From: a virus
IMG/VR virus record: IMGVR_UViG_3300042191_000299
Span: 1-64,000 of that record
Length of the DNA stretch: 64,000 nt
Direction: 5' to 3' (one strand)
Both the position numbers and the translations under genes were made by a program. Position 1 is the stretch's first letter, and each line of letters opens with the position of its first letter. Under the pieces are notes generated by a model. That model ran no database searches. It was not told the DNA's origin and saw only the letters and a program-made list of their open reading frames with translations. This document shows positions 1-7,119 of the stretch, piece after piece.

Positions 1-59
1 CCGCAGCGGGCAACGCTGTGCGCGCGTCGTAGGGAGAGCCAAAAGAAGCGAACGTGGCC

Positions 60-99
60 ATCGGCTTGCCCGATCAAACGTACACCGGCTTGCCCCGAT
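60..99. promoter_or_regulatory. two direct copies of CGGCTTGCCC(C)GAT; the first lies in an ATCGG-N5-CCGAT dyad; upstream of ORF 127
   Basis: Read directly at 60-74 and 85-99. Intergenic position. Confidence 0.3.
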
Positions 100-126
100 G
101 GCGCAAGGCGCGGTATCTTTGAGCGG

Positions 127-441
127 ATGAAGCACCCGCTCATCGTTGGTTCGGCCGTGGGCGCACTGGGCGTGCTCGCCTGGTGGAAGCGCTACACGAT
201 CCGGTCATGGTTCTCACACATCCGCTCGCCCTTCCACGGCGCCGCGCCCCCCACCGTCAACGATCCCAACGACGTCGTGCAACGCGTGTTGCAGTCGCGC
301 AAGCCGACGATCGTGGTGATCGCCAGCGGCTACGACGGCCCCCGCATCCGCGAGCTGGTGGCGGCGCTCCGGCGCGGGGCCCCGCGCGAGACCACGATCA
401 TCGACGCTGAAGGCTGGCCTTCGGCCGCACGGAGCAACTGA
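127..441 (+). CDS. hypothetical protein with N-terminal hydrophobic helix
   Basis: ATG ORF of 104 aa. N-terminus IVGSAVGALGVLAWW. Stop overlaps the next start (ATGA at 441). Confidence 0.55.
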   Translation: MKHPLIVGSAVGALGVLAWWKRYTIRSWFSHIRSPFHGAAPPTVNDPNDVVQRVLQSRKPTIVVIASGYDGPRIRELVAALRRGAPRETTIIDAEGWPSAARSN

Positions 442-770
442 TGCCCGACATCAAGCTGTATCTGTGCCCCACACTGGCCAAGATCGTGGCAGAGGTGACG
501 CCGCTGGTTGGAGGTCCGTCGAAGCCGAACGCCATCACCATCGGCGGCACGGTCATCTACGTCACGGCACCTGACGAGCGCATCGTTCGCCACGAGCAGG
601 TGCACATCCAGCAGCAGGCCGCGATGGCACCCTGGTGGGCGAAGTGGCTGCCGCTGCGCATCCGGGCATGGGCGGGGCTGCCGCGATTCGCACCGCTCTA
701 CCTGGCCGAGCACCGCACGAACGGCTACGTGAAGAACAAGTACGAGATCGAAGCGCGCGCAGCGGAGTAG
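441..770 (+). CDS. small HExxH-motif protein (DUF4157-like metallopeptidase signature)
   Basis: 109 aa. HEQVHIQQ matches the HExxHxxQQ pattern. Translationally coupled to ORF 127. Confidence 0.55.
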   Translation: MPDIKLYLCPTLAKIVAEVTPLVGGPSKPNAITIGGTVIYVTAPDERIVRHEQVHIQQQAAMAPWWAKWLPLRIRAWAGLPRFAPLYLAEHRTNGYVKNKYEIEARAAE

Positions 771-784
771 GTGTGCTGGTCGGA

Positions 785-875
785 GTCGCAGCTACGTGGC
801 CGCTGCGCAGGCTTTTCCGTCGAGCAAGATCCTCTGCCAGTCGCGCCAACAAAGCCGGCGCGCAGGCTCTAACCA
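785..875 (-). repeat. two adjacent solitary CRISPR-repeat-like units (785-821 and 840-875) separated by only 18 nt
   Basis: 785-821 matches the array-1 repeat at 29/37 positions. 840-870 is identical to the first 31 nt of array-1 unit 3996-4031. Same orientation as array 1. Lies between convergent genes. Confidence 0.75.
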
Positions 876-879
876 GCGA

Positions 880-1503
880 TCACGCTACCATGGCCGAGGC
901 GGCGCGGACACCGTCGAGGAACTTCGCCATCGGGAAGTGGGGTCCGGGGTCGGTGTGCTTGCTCAGCCCGAACGCTTCGGTGACGGCCGCGTGCGTGGTG
1001 ATGCCCCGCCCCTTTGCACGGAGCCCCGCTGCGTCCACGAACGAAATGGGCAGCATCCACCGACGGCAGATGCCGGCTGACAGCTGCGCAGCTCGCGACA
1101 GCACCGCCAGGCTGTAGGCGTCGTCCCACTCCTCGGGCGTCTGCCGTGCGCGGCCACACAACTCGATGCCGATGCCGTTGTGGTTGGCGCCCGGCGCGTG
1201 GAAGGCGATGTCCAGCTCGCGCACGGACTGAGTGATGGAATTGTTGTCGACGCAGTAGTGCCAGGATACTTTTCGCGGTTTCCCGTCGGCGCCAACCGGA
1301 CCTGCGTGGCACCGGCGCATGAGCGACTCTGCTGCCACCGACGACTCGCCAACCTCGGCGGTGTGCAACACGATCAGGTCAACGACGGTGCGGGGGCCTA
1401 GGCGGTACCACTTCGCAGGTAAAAATGGAATGTCCAGCACGCCTAACGATCGTAACTGCGGGGCAGGGGCAAGGTCAAACGGGTCTCTCGTCGGATCAAC
1501 CAA
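880..1503 (-). CDS. N-acetylmuramoyl-L-alanine amidase (amidase_2/PGRP-type endolysin)
   Basis: Motifs DLIVLHTAE, WHYCVD, GIELCG and KHTDPGPHFP are typical of zinc amidase_2. The listed start is TTG; GTG at 1440 is equally possible. Confidence 0.8.
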   Translation of the reverse strand: MVDPTRDPFDLAPAPQLRSLGVLDIPFLPAKWYRLGPRTVVDLIVLHTAEVGESSVAAESLMRRCHAGPVGADGKPRKVSWHYCVDNNSITQSVRELDIAFHAPGANHNGIGIELCGRARQTPEEWDDAYSLAVLSRAAQLSAGICRRWMLPISFVDAAGLRAKGRGITTHAAVTEAFGLSKHTDPGPHFPMAKFLDGVRAASAMVA

Positions 1504-1755
1504 GCCGATCCGCGGGCACTATCTACCAATGTGCCAGCCGGGGGTGTCTCGAACACCGACGGGAGCATCGAGATGGCCAGCAGCGCCGCCCGCAGAGCGC
1601 CTTCAGAATCCGTCGAGCGGCATTGTCTACGTCGACAGGGCGCGGCCCGTTGCTGTCCTTGTCCACCTCACGTTGGATGTAGATGAACGGCTTGCCATCC
1701 CGCTGGATGTTGCGGCTGCCGTACGGCGCAGTGAATCGACATGCTCGTTTTGCCC

Positions 1756-2055
1756 TCAGCGCATCCTCCGGCGACGTGCGCCGCGCAGCGATTCAGACGA
1801 CGTTTCGCCCGCCAGCTTGCACGCGATCTCAGCGCCGCTCTTCTTGCACACAGCACTGGCCGGCGACAGCACAAAGTCTAGACGTGCCTTCCCGGTGACG
1901 TGGACCCCACGGAAACGCACCGTGCGCGCCCTCACGTGCTGCGAACGGTACTGCTGTGGCTCGAAGCCTTTGCTACAGCCAAGCCGCACCTCCGCGCGAC
2001 CGGCGCCATCCAGCACGATGAACCGGACGATGCAATCTTTGGGCGTGAGCGCCAT
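1756..2055 (-). CDS. hypothetical protein
   Basis: Internal ATG of the listed 1756-2244 ORF overlaps the upstream stop (TGATG). High GC3. The C-terminus is Arg-rich and uncertain. Confidence 0.4.
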   Translation of the reverse strand: MALTPKDCIVRFIVLDGAGRAEVRLGCSKGFEPQQYRSQHVRARTVRFRGVHVTGKARLDFVLSPASAVCKKSGAEIACKLAGETSSESLRGARRRRMR

Positions 2056-2288
2056 CAGCGACGCCTCCAGCACTTCCGGCGGCGCGACCCCGCCAGCCCC
2101 GCGCCCGGACCGCGCCTCACGATCTCCACCCCTTCGATGGAGCAATTGGACCCAACGCTCCACGGATTGAAGTCGGCGCCCTTTCGGATCGCCGCAGAGG
2201 GCGTGGGTCCGACCACGGGGACCTTCTTCCGCCCGTGCGGGCACCTGACGGTGACCTCGGCGATCCAGATGGAGGGGAGCTGCGCCAT
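2055..2288 (-). CDS. hypothetical protein
   Basis: 77 aa. ATG lies 1 nt after the upstream stop. High GC3 throughout. Confidence 0.45.
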   Translation of the reverse strand: MAQLPSIWIAEVTVRCPHGRKKVPVVGPTPSAAIRKGADFNPWSVGSNCSIEGVEIVRRGPGAGLAGSRRRKCWRRR

Positions 2289-2289
2289 T

Positions 2290-2631
2290 TCATTTCGTCA
2301 GTTTGTAGACGCCGATGCCCAGCCCCAACGTCGCCAGGGCCATGCCCAGGCCGAGCCAAATCTTCTCGGGAATGATACCCATCGCGGGCCCCTGCAGCGA
2401 CGGCGTCATCAGCCCTTCGCCCACCGCGCACTTGCGGGAGATGGCCGTGTGCACGGCGGCGATCTTCTTGTGCACCGCGCGCGCCAGCGACGGCTTGTTG
2501 GCGGTGGCCTGCGAATAGGCGTCGAGTCCGGCCCACGCCTGCACGATGGTCTGCTGGGCCACTTGGCAATTCCCGGCGGCCAGTGCCGCCTTCGCGTAGT
2601 TCACCGCGGCCAGGATCTCTGCTCGCGTCAC
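2290..2631 (-). CDS. hypothetical protein with C-terminal TM anchor (lysis-cassette candidate)
   Basis: GTG start overlaps the upstream stop (GTGA). C-terminal IWLGLGMALATLGLGIGVY. Confidence 0.5.
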   Translation of the reverse strand: MTRAEILAAVNYAKAALAAGNCQVAQQTIVQAWAGLDAYSQATANKPSLARAVHKKIAAVHTAISRKCAVGEGLMTPSLQGPAMGIIPEKIWLGLGMALATLGLGIGVYKLTK

Positions 2632-3095
2632 GCTTGGCTCCTGTAGTAGGCGATGCCCCCCACGACAGCTCCGGTGAGTACCAGCGCGCCGAGCCCGAAC
2701 CACAGCACCCTGCGCATCATGCGTGCGCGATCAGCCAGCAGCGTGTTCTGGCGCTGCACCGCCTCCAGCTCCTGTGGCGACAGCGCGCCCATGTGCACAG
2801 CCATCGGCCCGTCACGGCCGGTGCCACGCGGAGCCCCGACACCGCACGCGAGCATCGTCAGATCGTGCGTGTGGCCGTCACTCGGATCCGGCTGGACCTT
2901 GAAGTTTCGCACCACATGGTAGTGGCCGCTCGCCAGGTCAGTGTTCCCTGTGCCCTCTTTGTTCAACCACGCGCCGTGGTTGTGCACAGGATACATCCGC
3001 CCCGGATTCTGCGTCGTGAGCTGACACGGGAATCCGGGGGGCTGGACGGACGCGTACTTGACGGCGTCCGGATTGGGGTACTGCGTGTGGCGCAT
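2628..3095 (-). CDS. hypothetical protein, His-rich, C-terminal TM anchor
   Basis: Starts at MRHTQYP. Contains GHYHVV..DGHTHD. C-terminal VLWFGLGALVLTGAVVGGIAYY. Confidence 0.5.
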   Translation of the reverse strand: MRHTQYPNPDAVKYASVQPPGFPCQLTTQNPGRMYPVHNHGAWLNKEGTGNTDLASGHYHVVRNFKVQPDPSDGHTHDLTMLACGVGAPRGTGRDGPMAVHMGALSPQELEAVQRQNTLLADRARMMRRVLWFGLGALVLTGAVVGGIAYYRSQA

Positions 3096-3105
3096 CGGCC
3101 CCTTT

Positions 3106-3846
3106 TCAGTAGCCGGCGTAGGGGTTCTGCCGAACGTTGCCCTGCGCGTCCGAATACTGCGTGACGCGACCACCGCAGATGGTGACGAACAGGCCGTCGC
3201 GGCGGGGTCCGATGCGCTCGCACTGCTCGTTCACTGGGGCGGGGATGAACGTCTGGATGAAGCGATGCGACCGGCGACGAGGAACGCCGAACACCGCGCC
3301 GAGGAATCCCTTGATGCCCGTGGCGAGGGGCGCCGCGGGAGTTGGAACGGCCACCACCACCGGCGTGACGGCGGGGGGAGCCGCCTCGGGAGCCAGCGGC
3401 GCCGTCTGGAATGGCATCGATCGCTGAATGCGCTGGCCGGCGTTACGCACGCCGTTGCGAATGTTCGAGCCGCTCGGCGACACGCCCGGGATCACGCCGG
3501 CTCGCATCACCATGTACGGGTCGACGTGCGAATGCCCCATCGGCATCGTTCCCCCGGTGGAGCCGAAGCCACCGAAGCCACTTCCCGCCACGCCACCGGC
3601 CTTGGGCACCACGGGGGCGACCGGCACGACGGGCGGCGCCGGCAGGGGTACCGCTGGCAGCTCGGACGGCCCCATATAGTTGTTGTAGGCTGGCCGATAC
3701 ATCCCCGCCGCGGACGTCATCGCGTGCGTCACCTGCGTGAGCGGGTGGAAGTGGGTGAAGAACCCCGAGTTCGGCAGCTTGGGTTGAAAATTCGGCGACG
3801 CGCCGGCGGGGCGCTGAAACGGTGTGCGCGTGGCTCCAAGAATCAT
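3106..3846 (-). CDS. Pro/Gly-rich hypothetical protein
   Basis: 246-aa ATG ORF. First gene of the minus-strand block that ends with the endolysin. Confidence 0.5.
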   Translation of the reverse strand: MILGATRTPFQRPAGASPNFQPKLPNSGFFTHFHPLTQVTHAMTSAAGMYRPAYNNYMGPSELPAVPLPAPPVVPVAPVVPKAGGVAGSGFGGFGSTGGTMPMGHSHVDPYMVMRAGVIPGVSPSGSNIRNGVRNAGQRIQRSMPFQTAPLAPEAAPPAVTPVVVAVPTPAAPLATGIKGFLGAVFGVPRRRSHRFIQTFIPAPVNEQCERIGPRRDGLFVTICGGRVTQYSDAQGNVRQNPYAGY

Positions 3847-3920
3847 GTGATCACCTCGTTAGAGAAAGAATAGGGCTAGACGAGGCACCGGGTCAAATGA
3901 GGGGGGATGACCCGCGTGAC

Positions 3921-4390
3921 GTCGCATCTTCTAAGCCGGTGCGCAGGCGCTGTGACTTTGTCCTTCGCGATAGCCCCGCCAAGCTCATGAATCACGTCGC
4001 GCCAACAAAGCCGGCGCGCAGGCTCTGTGACTCGACCACCGGAACCCTTCCGCGAGCGACGAGACGGTAGTCGCACCAACAAGGCCGATGCGCAGGCTTT
4101 TGAGACCGTAATCCCAGCCAGCAGCTCGTCGAGCGTCGGCGTGTCGCACCAACAAGGCCGATGCGCAGGCTTTTGAGACATGGTGCAACCATCATCCCGG
4201 CGTTGTGCTTGTGTCGCACCAACAAGGCCGATGCGCAGGCTTTTGAGACACAGACGCAGGAGTTCGACGCCTACTCGCAGGCGTCGCACCAACAAGGCCG
4301 ATGCGCAGGCTTTTGAGACTCTACTTTCTTCGCGACACCACCAACGACAGATGGTCGCACCAACAAGGCCGATGCGCAGGCTTTTGAGAC
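3921..4390 (-). CRISPR. CRISPR array 1: 7 units (5 identical 37-nt repeats plus 2 divergent 36-nt distal units), 6 spacers of 33-39 nt
   Basis: Repeat GTCGCACCAACAAGGCCGATGCGCAGGCTTTTGAGAC at 4070, 4143, 4213, 4283 and 4354. Divergent units at 3921 and 3996. Spacers at 3957-3995, 4032-4069, 4107-4142, 4180-4212, 4250-4282 and 4320-4353 are all unique. The degenerate end is distal to the effector gene. Confidence 0.93.
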
Positions 4391-4440
4391 CTACCCCATA
4401 AAAAGCCGCGTCTTATTCAGCTATTGAGTTGTCAATCGCG
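4391..4440 (-). promoter_or_regulatory. CRISPR leader (relatively AT-rich), homologous to the array-2 leader
   Basis: Minus strand reads ATTGACAACTCAATAGCTGAATAAGACGCGGCTTTTTATGGGGTAG. This is about 80% identical to 49527-49573 and lies in the same position relative to the first repeat. Confidence 0.65.
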
Positions 4441-4481
4441 CGAACCCCCCGAACGCCACCACCGTAGGCGGCGGCCAGCAC

Positions 4482-6170
4482 CTACGTTCGCGCGCCGTTC
4501 TTTGCACTCAGCGCCAGCAGATTGTTGCACGCGTTCAAATCTTGATCGCGTACACGCCCGCATGCAGCGCACGTGTGCATGAGCTGCGACTGATCCCATG
4601 TATCCTCACAGCCACATTCGTCGCAGCGCCGCGTGGTCATCGCCGGGTCGAGCTTGACGAATGTGCGCCCGAGCTTCCTGGCTGTGTCGATCAGGGCTAT
4701 CCGCAGTTCGTGCGGAGATCCCATCATCCGCCAGTATCGCTCGGCGTTCGGAACGGGTGCGTCTTCCGCCTTTGGCTTGGCCGCAAACTTGCGCAGGTCG
4801 AAGTCCTCCAGCACCAGCGTGTCGTACCGGGCAAGGAGCGTGCGCGCAAACATGCGGTAGAAATCCAGCCGGCGCGCGAGCGCCTTCTCACGCTGGTTGA
4901 TCGACCAGTCGCGGTAGTGCCAGAAACGCCGAACGCGCCACTCGTTGAGCGGCGAGAAGATCGCTTCGTCACCAGCGAACCGGTTGTCCTTCCACCACCA
5001 CACCGCTGATGACAGCCGTTTCGCGTTTCGCCACTGCGCCAGGTTCTCCAGACGCGCCGCGTGCTCGGGGGGCAGCGTGTTGGCCTTAGCCCAGGTGACC
5101 AGCTCGCCCCGCATCTTCTCGAACCAGTGGGTCTCCACACCTAACAACTGCGACGGGTAGTCCAGGGCGGACAGAAGCTCGTTGTCGAGTCGCACCTCCC
5201 CCTCGTTTCCCTTGTCGTCCTTCCAGTACGCCACGCGCAGGCCGCCGTTGCCCTTCTCGGCGACACGCCATCCGAGGTCGAGCGCCACACGGCCTTCGCC
5301 AGCAGCCACGGCTTGAGCAAACTCGCGGGACTCCACCGTGATGTGCAGTTCGTACGCCCAGGCGCGTCCGCGGCGCCAGCGGTACAGCCACGCCCACATG
5401 ATTTTCGCATCGTCCGGCAGCGGTCGATGGACGACAGCCGTGAACGTCACCCACAGCGGATCGCGTCCGACCGAACCGGCGCGGAGACTGCATTCAGCCA
5501 AATACTTGCCGCGCGACCGTCGCGTGCCGGGCAGCTCCCGCATACGAAAACGCCGGTCGCCCGCAAGCCGCGCCACGGTCATGCCCTTCTGGATCTGCAC
5601 AGCGATGCGCCCTTCGCCCGTGCGTGGCTTATGCCGAGGGTCCATCAGGGCCTTGCGCTGCTGCTCGGCTGCCTTCTCGCACACCAAATATGTGCCCCAG
5701 TACAGGTCCGACGCTGCGCGCTCTTCGATGATGCGCGCGTGGTGCCGCGCCTCAATTTCGTCCAGCCGTGCCTTGGTGGGGGGATCTGCTGCAGCTGCAG
5801 ATCGTTCCGCCTTCCAGGCTTTTCGCGCAACAGCGAGCTGCGCCTTGGCCTCTTTGATCGTCTGGCGCGTCTCGGCCGTCATCGTGCGCTTGCGTGCGGC
5901 TGCGTTGGCCTCGCGTGCTTGCTTGTATAGCGTCTCCACCGTCGCCTCTTCCCGGGCCACCCGCTGCCCTATCTCGATAACAGTAGGGGCCTCGTCGAGC
6001 ACGGCGCGAACGGCAGTGCGCCGCTCCAGCTCCAGCGTGACGAGCTTGGTGCGGTAGTCATCCGCCTTGCAATACTGATCGTCGGCGAGGGCTTGCCCTT
6101 CGGTGATGCCGCGGGGGTGGACACCGTAGACGTAGATGCGTGTAGGAACGGACGACGTTTTTCGCTTCAT
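4482..6170 (-). CDS. cas12: miniature type V CRISPR effector (TnpB/Cas12-like RuvC nuclease), 562 aa
   Basis: ATG 6170 overlaps the upstream stop (ATGA); the longer 605-aa listing adds a Pro/Arg-rich N-terminus. RuvC-I VALDLG (D298), RuvC-II LVLEDF (E455), zinc ribbon CDECGC..HTCAACG, RuvC-III RDQDLNACNN (D544). N-terminal strand IYVYGV plus a long helical insert. The array begins 91 nt downstream. Confidence 0.85.
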   Translation of the reverse strand: MKRKTSSVPTRIYVYGVHPRGITEGQALADDQYCKADDYRTKLVTLELERRTAVRAVLDEAPTVIEIGQRVAREEATVETLYKQAREANAAARKRTMTAETRQTIKEAKAQLAVARKAWKAERSAAAADPPTKARLDEIEARHHARIIEERAASDLYWGTYLVCEKAAEQQRKALMDPRHKPRTGEGRIAVQIQKGMTVARLAGDRRFRMRELPGTRRSRGKYLAECSLRAGSVGRDPLWVTFTAVVHRPLPDDAKIMWAWLYRWRRGRAWAYELHITVESREFAQAVAAGEGRVALDLGWRVAEKGNGGLRVAYWKDDKGNEGEVRLDNELLSALDYPSQLLGVETHWFEKMRGELVTWAKANTLPPEHAARLENLAQWRNAKRLSSAVWWWKDNRFAGDEAIFSPLNEWRVRRFWHYRDWSINQREKALARRLDFYRMFARTLLARYDTLVLEDFDLRKFAAKPKAEDAPVPNAERYWRMMGSPHELRIALIDTARKLGRTFVKLDPAMTTRRCDECGCEDTWDQSQLMHTCAACGRVRDQDLNACNNLLALSAKNGART

Positions 6171-6406
6171 TTGAGTACCTCGGTTAGAAGGGTCCGGAGC
6201 GCGTCCAGGCGCGCGGTTGGAAACTCCGTGACGCACTCGTTGCGTGAGATTTCGTGGTCTGTGCTGCACAGCCGTCGCAGCGACCGGAAGATGCGGCACG
6301 CGGCGACCTTCACTTGGTCACGCGTGCCGTGGCGCAGATCGTCCATGTCACCAGCGATCAACTCCTCGCGCACGCCGAGCTGGTCGAGCAGCTGCGCGAG
6401 CGTCAC
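6167..6406 (-). CDS. small helical protein, paralogue 3 of 3 (C-terminal LLTEVLK)
   Basis: 79 aa. ATGA overlaps at both ends. Shares its C-terminal motif with the two upstream ORFs. Confidence 0.6.
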   Translation of the reverse strand: MTLAQLLDQLGVREELIAGDMDDLRHGTRDQVKVAACRIFRSLRRLCSTDHEISRNECVTEFPTARLDALRTLLTEVLK

Positions 6407-6624
6407 TTGAGCACCTCAGCCAGAAGAGCCCGAGCGTCGTCGAGGCCCGGATGATCAACATCGCTGCGAAGCGTGGACAACTCCGCCGGCAACGGTTCAA
6501 GCAGGCGAGCAATCGTTTCGAACACCTTGCGCGTGCGCGGCCCCGCGCCGTGGGTGCACGAAATTCGCGCGGCTGCCAGCTCCTGGGGCGACACGTTGAC
6601 GTGGAGAAGAAGCGCCGCGTTCAT
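6403..6624 (-). CDS. small helical protein, paralogue 2 of 3 (C-terminal LLAEVLK)
   Basis: 73 aa. ATGA overlaps at both ends. Confidence 0.6.
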   Translation of the reverse strand: MNAALLLHVNVSPQELAAARISCTHGAGPRTRKVFETIARLLEPLPAELSTLRSDVDHPGLDDARALLAEVLK

Positions 6625-6866
6625 GAGGGCAGTACCTCCGCGATCAGTGCCGTGACGTCCGAAAACGCAGCGACTGCTGGTGCCGGATCCTCGCCGAAGT
6701 CAATCGCCCGCGCAAGCGCGTCGCGCCCCGCGGCCACGCGCTTGTCGATGACAGTGAGAACACGAAGTAAGCTGTCCCGCTGCTGGACGGGCGCGTCGGC
6801 GAGCAGGCGCCGCACGTGCTCAACGTCTCCTATGTGCACGTCGACTACCGTGTTGCCAGTGCTCAT
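6621..6866 (-). CDS. small helical protein, paralogue 1 of 3 (C-terminal LIAEVLPS)
   Basis: Internal ATG (MSTGNTVV) overlaps the RHH gene stop. 81 aa. Confidence 0.55.
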   Translation of the reverse strand: MSTGNTVVDVHIGDVEHVRRLLADAPVQQRDSLLRVLTVIDKRVAAGRDALARAIDFGEDPAPAVAAFSDVTALIAEVLPS

Positions 6867-7057
6867 TTCTTCACTGTCTTCTGCGTGGCGGCGGCGACAG
6901 CCTGGCGCACGAACCGGCTCAAGCTCTGGCCGCGCGCGGCCGCGTGCTGCTTCCACACCCCCCATTCGTAGTCGCCCACGCGCAGTGACCGCGGGGGCAT
7001 GGTTTCGGTGCCGGGGAGCAGCGCAACACGGAGAACGGGCAACGGCTTTTTTGGCAT
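6863..7057 (-). CDS. ribbon-helix-helix (CopG/Arc-like) DNA-binding protein
   Basis: 64 aa. Strand RSLRVGD followed by helices EWGVWKQHAAARG and SLSRFVRQAVAAA. First gene of the effector operon. Confidence 0.7.
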   Translation of the reverse strand: MPKKPLPVLRVALLPGTETMPPRSLRVGDYEWGVWKQHAAARGQSLSRFVRQAVAAATQKTVKK

Positions 7058-7066
7058 CAGTCGCGA

Positions 7067-7098
7067 ACACTACCACAGCAATACACGAGCGCAATACG
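7067..7098 (-). promoter_or_regulatory. candidate promoter/operator of the RHH-effector operon
   Basis: Minus strand reads TTGCGC-N16-TAGTGT, ending about 10 nt before ATG 7057 (near-leaderless). It overlaps two direct GTATTGC repeats, also found at 39234-39268. Confidence 0.45.
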
Positions 7099-7119
7099 CA
7101 AACCGACATACGCGCGCCT

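Noticed and set aside
1319-2170. 283-aa plus-strand ORF in the lysis region.
   Set aside because: Ser/Arg/Pro/Thr-rich antisense frame. The minus-strand genes show coupling and high GC3.
4107-4353. Self-targeting by array spacers.
   Set aside because: The best match found by eye was only 13 nt (spacer 4107-4142 versus about 38676-38688). That is consistent with chance. An exhaustive search needs a computer and the full genome.
3847-4481. tracrRNA or anti-repeat near array 1.
   Set aside because: No segment complementary to the repeat was found by eye in the flanks of either array or in the effector operon. The 91-nt gap is mostly leader. A computational anti-repeat search is still needed.
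4482-6170. The RuvC gene as an ordinary IS200/IS605- or IS607-family TnpB inside a transposon.
   Set aside because: No TnpA and no terminal palindromes or inverted repeats were seen. The gene is ATGA-coupled into an operon, and a multi-spacer array with a conserved leader follows it. A TnpB-like ancestry remains likely.
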